Both the position numbers and the translations under genes were made by a program. Shown piece by piece: positions 48,822 through 57,324 of a stretch of 64,000 nucleotides of DNA. The DNA is from Candidatus Kapaibacteriota bacterium (GTDB taxonomy: Bacteria; Bacteroidota; Ignavibacteria; Kapaibacteriales; Kapaibacteriaceae), in NCBI GenBank assembly GCA_046595995.1, contig JBKJNB010000083.1, positions 71,445 through 135,444 of the forward strand, written 5' to 3'. The notes beneath the pieces are model-generated. The model was not told the DNA's origin and ran no database searches. It was given only the letters and a program-made list of their open reading frames with translations. Position 1 is the first letter of the stretch; every line of letters begins with the position of its first letter.

Positions 48822-49496
48822 ATGCTGACGCCCTATGGGCATGACAACGCCTTTTTGATGTTAGGCGTTGGTATTGCTCTCCTACTTCTCTCAATAACGA
48901 TTCCGTGGGCCATCCTAGCAATAATCGCTGCTCTGTTAGGCGTGCTGATTATTGCCTTTACATTGTGGTTCTTTCGAGATCCCGTGCGCGCCCTGCATCC
49001 CGACGCAGAACGCGACAGCGCTCTTATCGTATCGCCCGCAGACGGCACTGTGACAGAGGTTTTTGCAATTGAACGGTCTGTGGAACTGCGCGGACCTGCT
49101 ACGCAGATCAGCATTTTTCTATCTCCTCTCGACGTACACGTCAATCGCTACCCAGCGTCGGGCACAATCGTCGACGCTCAATACATCGCTGGCAAGTACC
49201 TGATGGCGTTCGAACCGAAGTCGAGCGAGGAAAATGAACGCAGCGTTTTCATTCTGCGAACTGCATTCGGCGACATCCTGTACAAACAAATCACCGGTTT
49301 TCTCGCGCGACGTATCGTTTACGATACAAAGCTGGGGGACGTTGTACGGGCTGGTGAACGCTTCGGCATGATGAAATTCGGCTCTCGCATGGACATTGTC
49401 CTTCCCGCATCTGCAGAGGTTTTTGTTAAAGTGGGGCAGAAAGTGGTCGGCGCACACACGCTTCTGGCGAAGTTGCACCCAGAGGCCACCTCTTAA
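48822..49496 (+). CDS. psd: Phosphatidylserine decarboxylase (short, membrane-anchored form)
   Basis: N-terminal TM helices and the ...FGSRMDIVLP processing-site region (the G-S-T/R motif) are present. Confidence 0.8.
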   Translation: MLTPYGHDNAFLMLGVGIALLLLSITIPWAILAIIAALLGVLIIAFTLWFFRDPVRALHPDAERDSALIVSPADGTVTEVFAIERSVELRGPATQISIFLSPLDVHVNRYPASGTIVDAQYIAGKYLMAFEPKSSEENERSVFILRTAFGDILYKQITGFLARRIVYDTKLGDVVRAGERFGMMKFGSRMDIVLPASAEVFVKVGQKVVGAHTLLAKLHPEATS

Positions 49497-49499
49497 TCC

Positions 49500-50261
49500 A
49501 TGCGTGTTACCCGCTCCATCGTTCCGAACCTGTTTACACTCGCAAATCTGTTTTGCGGGTTTGCTGCAATTATTGCCGCTACCGACGGGCAACCGCAGCG
49601 CGCTGTAGTACTCATTCTTACAGCAGGCCTCTTTGACATGCTCGATGGCGTTGTCGCTCGCCTTACTCGCAGCACGAGTGAGTTTGGAGTCGAGCTCGAC
49701 TCGTTATGCGACGCTGTCTCGTTCGGCGTAGCCCCTTCGATCCTCATTTATAGCGTGTACTTTCACGAGCTCAACCAGTGGGGCGTACTGCTTGCGTCGT
49801 TACCAGCACTTGCTGGCGTTCTCCGGCTTGCACGCTTCAACGTGCAGTTAACAAGCATGGAAGACAAGCTCTATTTCCGGGGAATGCCCATCCCGGCAGG
49901 TGCGTTTGTTCTGGCCTCATACGTGTTGTTTGTACACCTAGGCGTTGACCTTCCAGAGGAATGGAAGCCCACGGGCATTCTCATCACGACGCTCCTAACT
50001 GCCGCAGCAATGGTAAGCACCATTAAGTACGACAACCTGCCCCGGCCGACAATGCGCGCGCTCCGCCAGCGCCCAGTGGTTTTTCTCGTATTTTTGGTTG
50101 GTGTTATAGCCTCGCTGGTAACGGCAGGCCGTGCCATCTTCCCGTTCATGATGCTTTACATGATTGGTGGCGCCATTCGGCACGTTGTTCTGTTAATGCG
50201 CGAGCGAACAGATGACGACGACACACTCGAAGAACCGGATCCCGATCCGTTCGAACTCTGA
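49500..50261 (+). CDS. pssA: CDP-diacylglycerol--serine O-phosphatidyltransferase (CDP-alcohol phosphatidyltransferase family)
   Basis: The D.LDG..AR...S..G...DSL.D motif DMLDGVVARLTRSTSEFGVELDSLCD is present. Confidence 0.85.
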   Translation: MRVTRSIVPNLFTLANLFCGFAAIIAATDGQPQRAVVLILTAGLFDMLDGVVARLTRSTSEFGVELDSLCDAVSFGVAPSILIYSVYFHELNQWGVLLASLPALAGVLRLARFNVQLTSMEDKLYFRGMPIPAGAFVLASYVLFVHLGVDLPEEWKPTGILITTLLTAAAMVSTIKYDNLPRPTMRALRQRPVVFLVFLVGVIASLVTAGRAIFPFMMLYMIGGAIRHVVLLMRERTDDDDTLEEPDPDPFEL

Positions 50262-50272
50262 GGCCGGCCCAT

Positions 50273-50545
50273 ATGAAGACATACACTGCACACGTTACCG
50301 TTTCTCTGCGCAAGGCCATCCTAGACGTGCAGGGGAAAACTGTCGAGCACGCGCTTCACAGTCTGCACATGCCTGCTCTGGGCAACGTGCGCATTGGCAA
50401 ACACATCGAACTCGATGTACAGGCTCCAGACCCCGAGCGTGCCCTCGAGCTCGTTACCGACGCCTGCAAAAAACTTCTCGCAAACCCCGTCATGGAAGAC
50501 TATCACGTCCGCCTAGAAGAATCCCACACAAACGGTGTGCGATGA
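50273..50545 (+). CDS. purS: Phosphoribosylformylglycinamidine synthase subunit PurS
   Basis: A 90-aa protein with the PurS fold pattern. Confidence 0.85.
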   Translation: MKTYTAHVTVSLRKAILDVQGKTVEHALHSLHMPALGNVRIGKHIELDVQAPDPERALELVTDACKKLLANPVMEDYHVRLEESHTNGVR

Positions 50546-50582
50546 ACAACGCCCGTAGATGTAAGACCATCGGACGCGCCTC

Positions 50583-51296
50583 ATGAACATTGGCGTTGTA
50601 TCATTCCCCGGTTCGAACTGTGATGCCGATGCTCGATTTGCATCTGCACTCGATGGCAGTACCGTGCATGCATTGTGGCATAAGGGCCCATCCGTTCCGT
50701 CAGGCCCCGACCTCATCATCCTCCCGGGCGGATTCTCCTACGGCGACTACCTGAGAACCGGTGCCATTGCCAGGTTCTCACCGATCATGAACGAGGTTGT
50801 GAAGCACGCTAATCGCGGTGGACTCGTCCTGGGCATCTGCAATGGCTTCCAGATTCTTACCGAGGCTGGTCTGCTTCCAGGTGCGCTAATCCGTAACGCC
50901 TCGCTCTCGTTCGTATGCAAGACGGTGCATTTAAAGGTCGAAAACCATTCAACCGCATTCACGTCGGCGACATCGAAAGGCGCGATCCTTGCAATTCCAA
51001 TTGCCCATGGCGACGGCAGGTATACGGCGACGGAAGAAACATTGAATCGTCTCGAAGACGGACAGCAAATTTTGTATCGATACTGTAACGTGCAGGGTTC
51101 TGTTGTTGAAAATGCCAATCCCAACGGGAGCCTTCGCAACATTGCTGGCATTATGAATGAAGGGGGCAACGTCATGGGTCTGATGCCCCACCCTGAACGC
51201 GCTTCAGATGCCGTTCTCGGATCGACCGACGGATTAACGGTGTTCGAGAGCATGTCTATGCACGTAGGCAGCCATGCGCCGGCAGCCGTAGCCTAA
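50583..51296 (+). CDS. purQ: Phosphoribosylformylglycinamidine synthase I (glutaminase subunit)
   Basis: FPGSNCD, GICNGFQ (catalytic Cys) and HPER are present. Confidence 0.9.
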   Translation: MNIGVVSFPGSNCDADARFASALDGSTVHALWHKGPSVPSGPDLIILPGGFSYGDYLRTGAIARFSPIMNEVVKHANRGGLVLGICNGFQILTEAGLLPGALIRNASLSFVCKTVHLKVENHSTAFTSATSKGAILAIPIAHGDGRYTATEETLNRLEDGQQILYRYCNVQGSVVENANPNGSLRNIAGIMNEGGNVMGLMPHPERASDAVLGSTDGLTVFESMSMHVGSHAPAAVA

Positions 51297-51320
51297 CACG
51301 AATTTTCTTAAGGAGCTATC

Positions 51321-51527
51321 ATGCCGAACATCGGACTTCCCGAACTGCTGATTATCGCACTCGTGCTTGTTCTTCTCTTTGGTGCACGCAAAATTCCTGA
51401 GCTCATGAAGGGGCTTGGCTCTGGCATTAAGGAATTCAAGAAAGCAGCCAGCGGCGACGAAGACAAGCCAACGCCGCCCCCTTCGACCCCTATGCCCCCT
51501 TCGACCCCTACCAGCACCACTCCGTAA
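51321..51527 (+). CDS. tatA: Twin-arginine translocase TatA/E
   Basis: [25 protein letters not shown] is the TatA signature. AAGGAG RBS. Confidence 0.85.
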   Translation: MPNIGLPELLIIALVLVLLFGARKIPELMKGLGSGIKEFKKAASGDEDKPTPPPSTPMPPSTPTSTTP

Positions 51528-51545
51528 CCGCCGAAGGCCGCACGT

Positions 51546-51971
51546 ATGTTCGATGTTGGTGGCGGTGAGTTGATCATCATTCTTCTGTTTGTTCTTCTGC
51601 TGTTTGGCCCGAAGAAGATTCCCGAATTCGCCCAAATGGTGGGCAAGGGTCTTCGGAAATTCCGAATGGCACAAGAGGAGCTTACACAGCAGATTCGCGA
51701 CATATCTGCAGAAGCTGCTATTACCGAAGATCAGATTGGCAGGAAAGCATCAACGCCAACGCGTGTTGATGTAACCCAACCCATCAAAGTACCAGAGCAC
51801 GCCGAAGAAACGCAACCAGTCGTAGTGCTAAAGCCAGCCGAAGACGCGGTGGCGAGAGAAGCTTCAATACACAGGGCAGTGTTTGGTGCAGACGCACCAC
51901 TCGATTTCGGCGATGCCCACCCTCCGTCAAGTAGTGCTCCGTCTGACGAACGCGAAGGTTCTCCGTCATGA
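51546..51971 (+). CDS. tatB: Twin-arginine translocase TatA/B-family second component
   Basis: LIIILLFVLLLFGPKKIPEF...G....F plus a long acidic C-terminal tail. Confidence 0.75.
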   Translation: MFDVGGGELIIILLFVLLLFGPKKIPEFAQMVGKGLRKFRMAQEELTQQIRDISAEAAITEDQIGRKASTPTRVDVTQPIKVPEHAEETQPVVVLKPAEDAVAREASIHRAVFGADAPLDFGDAHPPSSSAPSDEREGSPS

Positions 51972-53323
51972 CGGTTACTGAACGCGTGCAGACTTTCCTG
52001 CGCCGCATCGACGAACGCCGAGATCTGAATGCCTTTCTTTCGACGAATGACGAAGGTGCACTTCGAGACGCGAGCGCAAGCGATGAGCGTAATGCTGCTG
52101 GTCTAGCACGACCTCTCGAAGGACGTGTCGTTGCTTTAAAAGACAACATCTCGTTTAAAGGCCTACCGATGACGTGCGGATCGCGCATTCTCGAAGGTTT
52201 TAAACCAGTTTATAATGCCACTGTTGTTGAACGTCTTCGCAATGCGGGTGCAATTGTGATTGGCAAGACCAACATGGACGAATTCGCCATGGGCTCATCG
52301 AGTGAGACATCGTACTACGGTCCGGTCAAACACCCCATCGACACAACGCGTGTGCCAGGGGGCTCCTCAGGGGGCTCTGCCGTCGCTGTTGCTGACGGCA
52401 TGTGCGACGTTGCACTCGGCTCCGACACAGGTGGTTCAATTCGACAGCCAGCTGCGTTTTGCGGCGTGTATGGCTTCAAGCCAACGTACGGACGTGTCTC
52501 GCGCTACGGCTTGGTGGCGTTTGCTTCGTCACTAGACCAGATTGGCGTCTTCGCAAATTCCGTTGCTGAAGTTGCTGATACGTTCCACGTAATCAGTGGT
52601 CGAGACCCCATGGATAGCACCACGGTTGATGAGTCTATTACAAACGCATCAAATGTTGTTCGCAGTGTGGGTGGGCCCCGTCGTGTGGGCATGCTTAATC
52701 GTAAGGCACTAACCGGTTGCGACAAGTCCATCGTTGCAACGTACGACGCTTTCCTCGATCGTATTCGAAGCACGGGTGCTATAATAACTGAAGTTAGTAT
52801 CCCCAATAGCGAGATTTGGATACCGACATACTTCGTTCTTGCAACAGCCGAAGCATCGAGCAATCTTGCTCGCTTCGATGGCGTGCGATACGGGAAACGT
52901 GCGAGCACCACCGAAGACTTCATGACTGCTTTTCGCACCGAAGGTTTTGGTACAGAAGTAAAGCGTCGCATCATGCTCGGCACATATGTGTTGTCGAGCG
53001 GCTATTACGAAGCGTACTACCGAAAAGCGCAGCAAGCCCGCAGGCTCATTAGCAATGCGTACGCAGAAATCTTCAAATCCGTTGACGTTCTTGCATTGCC
53101 AACAACACCAACCACAGCATTTGTACGAGGTGAAAAATCGGACCCATTACAAATGTGGCTCTCTGATTTCTTTACCGTAAGCGCAAACATTGCGGGCATA
53201 CCTGCAATTAGTCTTCCATCAGGAACCGATGCATCTGGCTTGCCGATAGGCATGCAGTTGCAGGGCGCAATGATGCAAGACGAATCGTTGCTCGCAGCTA
53301 CGGCAGCGATACCCGCGTCTTAG
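51968..53323 (+). CDS. gatA: Glutamyl-tRNA(Gln) amidotransferase subunit A (amidase signature family)
   Basis: GKTNMDEFAMGSS...GGSSGGSA.AVA...GSDTGGSIRQPA... is the amidase signature. Confidence 0.9.
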   Translation: MTVTERVQTFLRRIDERRDLNAFLSTNDEGALRDASASDERNAAGLARPLEGRVVALKDNISFKGLPMTCGSRILEGFKPVYNATVVERLRNAGAIVIGKTNMDEFAMGSSSETSYYGPVKHPIDTTRVPGGSSGGSAVAVADGMCDVALGSDTGGSIRQPAAFCGVYGFKPTYGRVSRYGLVAFASSLDQIGVFANSVAEVADTFHVISGRDPMDSTTVDESITNASNVVRSVGGPRRVGMLNRKALTGCDKSIVATYDAFLDRIRSTGAIITEVSIPNSEIWIPTYFVLATAEASSNLARFDGVRYGKRASTTEDFMTAFRTEGFGTEVKRRIMLGTYVLSSGYYEAYYRKAQQARRLISNAYAEIFKSVDVLALPTTPTTAFVRGEKSDPLQMWLSDFFTVSANIAGIPAISLPSGTDASGLPIGMQLQGAMMQDESLLAATAAIPAS

Positions 53324-53363
53324 TCGATTACAGCGATTCGTGGAATGCTTGCTTCGCAAGCGC

Positions 53364-53774
53364 TCAGGCTGGCTGGTGGAACGTCACTGGTACCAGCACA
53401 CGATCGGAAATCGAAAGCTTTACCGGACATGTGGTAACTGCGTTCGTTAGGACTTTCATTTCCTTGTCGTCAAACGGTGCGTTCAGAAAGATGTCAACGA
53501 TAAGACGTCCGACGCGGCGTAATGGGTCGGCGGTCATTTCTTTTTTGACCACGACGCGAGTGCCAGCAAGAACCCACTCATTCTTTGCGGCTGCGATTCC
53601 CATAGTCGTTGCCATGCACGAGGCCAGTGAGGCTGCGAGCATGTCGGTAGGAGAGAAGCTCTCGCCACGCCCCTGATTGTCTACAGGAGCGTCCGTTGCA
53701 ATGACAACGCCTGACGGACCGTGCTGGACCTTGCAGTGGAGGTCGCCCTCGTATGTAATCGTCATCTCAACCAT
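53364..53774 (-). CDS. OsmC/Ohr-family peroxiredoxin-like protein
   Basis: A 136-aa protein with the two conserved Cys regions (ASLASCMAT and TTCPV). Confidence 0.8.
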   Translation of the reverse strand: MVEMTITYEGDLHCKVQHGPSGVVIATDAPVDNQGRGESFSPTDMLAASLASCMATTMGIAAAKNEWVLAGTRVVVKKEMTADPLRRVGRLIVDIFLNAPFDDKEMKVLTNAVTTCPVKLSISDRVLVPVTFHQPA

Positions 53775-53849
53775 ATGTCAAGATAACACGGCAAGCTCCC
53801 TTCCCCCATCTTTCGTAAATTTGCGTCCTTATATCAGACAGGAAGCGCT

Positions 53850-54809
53850 ATGAGCGTACTCGTAAACAAGAAGTCAAAAATCCTCGTTCAGGGCATCACC
53901 GGAAGCGAAGGCACTTTTCACTCATCGCAGATGCTGCAATACGGCACCCAGGTTGTTGGTGGCGTTACACCGGGCAAAGGTGGCGTTATGTACAGCGGTA
54001 AGGGCGAGGACATCTTCACGAAGCCCGTACCCGTATTCAACACCGTCTCCGATGCTGTCGCAGCAACGGGCGCAGACGTATCCATCATCTTTGTACCAGC
54101 AGCCATGGCTGCGGATGCCATCCATGAAGCAATCGATGCTGGTATTGCTGTAATCGTCTGCATTACCGAAGGCATTCCGACTTCTGACATGATTCCTGTA
54201 TATGCGGCACTTCAGAATTCTGGCAGCCGGCTTATCGGACCAAACTGTCCAGGCATTATTACGCCAGGCGAGTGTAAGGTGGGCATCATGCCAGGCAACA
54301 TCTTTACGTCGGGTCCGATCGGACTCGTCTCACGTTCTGGCACCCTTACGTACGAAGCAGTCAAGCAGCTTTCTGATGTCGGCCTAGGCCAGTCGACATG
54401 TATTGGTATCGGCGGCGATCCAATCGTCGGCACGAAGTTCATCGATGCCATCAAGCTGTTCAATGAAGACCCCGCTACCGAAGCTATCGTCATGATTGGT
54501 GAAATCGGTGGCAGCGCCGAAGAGGAAGCAGCCGAGTACATCAAAATGAACGTAAAGAAACCAGTCGTTGGCTTTATCGCTGGGCAGACAGCACCCGAGG
54601 GACGCCGTATGGGTCACGCGGGCGCTATTGTGTCGGGCGGCAAAGGCACGGCCAAGGACAAGATGGCCTTCATGCGTGAGTGTGGCATCCACGTCGTGGA
54701 ATCGCCCGCAACAATTGGCCTAACGATGAAGCAGGTTTTCTCAGGGGGCTCGAAGACGAATGGGGCTCCGAAGAAGAAGGTCGCAGCGAAGAAGAAATCA
54801 GCTAAATAA
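53850..54809 (+). CDS. sucD: Succinate--CoA ligase alpha subunit with a Lys-rich C-terminal tail
   Basis: [15 protein letters not shown], the catalytic His region [14 protein letters not shown] and the tail ...[21 protein letters not shown] are present. Confidence 0.9.
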   Translation: MSVLVNKKSKILVQGITGSEGTFHSSQMLQYGTQVVGGVTPGKGGVMYSGKGEDIFTKPVPVFNTVSDAVAATGADVSIIFVPAAMAADAIHEAIDAGIAVIVCITEGIPTSDMIPVYAALQNSGSRLIGPNCPGIITPGECKVGIMPGNIFTSGPIGLVSRSGTLTYEAVKQLSDVGLGQSTCIGIGGDPIVGTKFIDAIKLFNEDPATEAIVMIGEIGGSAEEEAAEYIKMNVKKPVVGFIAGQTAPEGRRMGHAGAIVSGGKGTAKDKMAFMRECGIHVVESPATIGLTMKQVFSGGSKTNGAPKKKVAAKKKSAK

Positions 54810-54826
54810 TTTTCATCACGCTATTT

Positions 54827-54854
54827 ATTCCGGGAATCATTCTCTCCCGGAATG
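54827..54854. repeat. REP-like palindromic element, monomer (attccgggaatcattctctcccggaatg)
   Basis: Lies in the intergenic region between sucD and ndk. It is identical to the 27148-27175 core. Confidence 0.85.
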
Positions 54855-54887
54855 AATGCGCTAACCCCCTTATAAGAAACGAATTCG

Positions 54888-55310
54888 ATGGAACGCACTC
54901 TAGCTATTCTAAAGCCCGACGCTGTACGCGCACAGAACATTGGGAACATCCTCGCAATGATTCAAAAGGCTGGCTTCAAGGTCGTGGGCTGCAAGCTCAT
55001 GGAACTTGATACCGACCGCGCGGGCACCTTCTATGAAGTGCACAAGGAACGTCCGTTTTACGGCGAACTCGTGACCTTTATGTCGAGCGGACCTATTTTC
55101 CCAATCGCCCTCGAAAAGGAAAATGCCGTTGCAGATTTTCGCACGCTAATCGGCTCGACCGACCCTGCGGAAGCTGCAGAAGGCACGATTCGCAAAGCGT
55201 ATGCGTCCAGCAAGGGTGAAAATGCCGTACACGGCTCCGATTCTACAGAGAATGCGCGCAATGAGATCGCGTTTTTCTTTAAGGATTCGGAACTGGTAGG
55301 CAAGGTCTAA
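54888..55310 (+). CDS. ndk: Nucleoside diphosphate kinase
   Basis: [13 protein letters not shown]... and NAVHGSDS (active-site His) are present. Confidence 0.9.
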   Translation: MERTLAILKPDAVRAQNIGNILAMIQKAGFKVVGCKLMELDTDRAGTFYEVHKERPFYGELVTFMSSGPIFPIALEKENAVADFRTLIGSTDPAEAAEGTIRKAYASSKGENAVHGSDSTENARNEIAFFFKDSELVGKV

Positions 55311-55330
55311 TCACCAGCCCTTTGGATTCC

Positions 55331-56287
55331 ATGATGCAGCGCATCCTCCTACTTATTGTCCTTTGCGCCGCAGGCGCGACCCTTACCGTGGCTCAGCGAA
55401 CGGGTATCGCCGCGGCAGCCCCTCTGCAGTACCGCTTACAGGCGAGCTACAGAGCTGGTATTGCGCAGAACTATGCCGTAACAGAAACGACGAATGCGGT
55501 TCGCACACACAGTGACGGGTCGAAGAAAACGTATACCCGGGCAGTCACGTACATGATGACTGTACGCTGCATCGAAAGTCTAAATGGTACGTCGACGCTT
55601 GCGGTGAACATCGACTCGTTGAAATACGCGTTCACAGCGGAGGGCGGTCAGATTACCTATGATTCTCAGAACGACATCACCCCGAAGAGTTTTGGGGACT
55701 TGAATAACTACATGGGTCCGATGAACAGGACGTTCGAAATCACTGTTGGCCCCTACGGCGAGATTACAAAGCTGGCAGGCGAACAAGTAGATTACTGGCG
55801 TGGCTACCTCAAAGAGAGCGCGTCCTCGATGGATTCTGTAACGGCTCTTATCTGGAATCAATCGCTTGAGCCGGAGAATCTTTTACACTATGGCGATCTT
55901 CAGAAGCGCGTTGTGCCAGGCCTACGCGTATACATCGATTCTGCGTATGGCCACCAGTTCACGGTTCGAACCGACGGCGTAGTATACTCGGGTTCAGCAA
56001 GATCTAAACTCACCGAATACGCCTCGGGCTTCTATACGATTTCAACGAAGGATACCATCCCTGCGAACGCACAGCCTATCCACGTCTTCGGTGTTCCGTA
56101 CATTTCCCGATTGAAGGATGGTAAAGCTGCAATCGATCACACGGTAACCATTACAAGTCAGGGAACCATTAACGCCATTTCATCAAAGGTAGACGCATGG
56201 TTCCGCGCAGCGGCAGAGAACGAAGAGTACACACAAGCAGTGACGTCGACCACGGAGTGGAAACTCGTTGGACAGTATCAGTGGTGA
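55331..56287 (+). CDS. Hypothetical secreted protein (signal peptide)
   Basis: MMQRILLLIVLCAAGATLTVAQ. The ATG at 55331 is preferred over the track TTG at 55322. Confidence 0.5.
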   Translation: MMQRILLLIVLCAAGATLTVAQRTGIAAAAPLQYRLQASYRAGIAQNYAVTETTNAVRTHSDGSKKTYTRAVTYMMTVRCIESLNGTSTLAVNIDSLKYAFTAEGGQITYDSQNDITPKSFGDLNNYMGPMNRTFEITVGPYGEITKLAGEQVDYWRGYLKESASSMDSVTALIWNQSLEPENLLHYGDLQKRVVPGLRVYIDSAYGHQFTVRTDGVVYSGSARSKLTEYASGFYTISTKDTIPANAQPIHVFGVPYISRLKDGKAAIDHTVTITSQGTINAISSKVDAWFRAAAENEEYTQAVTSTTEWKLVGQYQW

Positions 56288-57321
56288 TAAAACTGGCGTG
56301 CGTAACTGCATGCCTACTTGTTGTCGCTACGTCTTGTTCATCAGACAAGACCACCCCTGAAGAACGTGCAGCCGGCGAAACCCAGATTATTGCGAACGAT
56401 ACTAGCAGTGCCGTTACCCTCGCGGCCGCCGACGCTCGCATCGATACCCTGCAGCTCAACTACACGGGCGGCGAGGTCTACCGCTACCGCGTACAGCAGA
56501 ATTCGAGCGGAGGTCCAGACTCCGGCGTCGTTACCTCGAAATCGCAGCACACGTACACAAAACGCATCAAGAGCAAACGCGCAGACGGGAATTTCGAAAT
56601 CGGAATTACGTTCGATTCTATCAGCTCTGGCTTTACGATGAAGAACATGCTCACGGGGCAAGTAATTCGTCAGGAATCGTTCACCTCTGCCGACTCCGCG
56701 CAACTCAAAGACCCACGCAATCTGAATTACTCTGCTGTTCTCGGTATCGAAGTCACGATGATTGTATCGCCGCAGGGCAAAGTGCAGGAGATTATCGGAG
56801 CGTCGACGATCGTGAATAGAATGATTCCGCCGGGACAGGAACTGCCGCCCGACCGCAAGGATATGCTGAAGAAGCAGGTCGAGACGGCCATGTTCGGTGC
56901 CTTTTCCGAGCAAGAATACCTGCGGTTCCCAGAGAAAGCGCTGGACTCGACACAGTCCTGGAACACAAGCACATCAACGGTTCTTGGAGACCTCTTCGCA
57001 GTTGAGTCGACGAACACGTATCGTGTTAGCACTGTAAAAAAGGTTAAGGGGCTGCGTATTGCTGAGGTTACAGCGTCGGTTGTTGGAGCCATCAAGGCTC
57101 GACGGATACCCCCAGAGTATAAAGTCTCTGTGAAGGTGACGAAGTCTATGATTTCCGGCACTGGTCGTACAGTCATCGATCTTGCGAAGGGCTACACGAT
57201 TACAAAGTCAAATGATGTAACCATGTCAGTGAATGCTGCCATTACGAATCTTGAGAACGGACGCACCGAAAAGGGCGAACAGAAAACCACCATTCGATAT
57301 TCCGTAGAGCTGCTGCGCTAA
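56284..57321 (+). CDS. Hypothetical lipoprotein, paralog of the preceding gene
   Basis: A GTG start overlapping the upstream stop (GTGA) gives (M)IKLACVTACLLVVATSCSS. Sequence stretches resemble the previous protein (HTYTKR/KTYTRA, ITFDSI/VNIDSL). Confidence 0.5.
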   Translation: MIKLACVTACLLVVATSCSSDKTTPEERAAGETQIIANDTSSAVTLAAADARIDTLQLNYTGGEVYRYRVQQNSSGGPDSGVVTSKSQHTYTKRIKSKRADGNFEIGITFDSISSGFTMKNMLTGQVIRQESFTSADSAQLKDPRNLNYSAVLGIEVTMIVSPQGKVQEIIGASTIVNRMIPPGQELPPDRKDMLKKQVETAMFGAFSEQEYLRFPEKALDSTQSWNTSTSTVLGDLFAVESTNTYRVSTVKKVKGLRIAEVTASVVGAIKARRIPPEYKVSVKVTKSMISGTGRTVIDLAKGYTITKSNDVTMSVNAAITNLENGRTEKGEQKTTIRYSVELLR

Positions 57322-57324
57322 CAC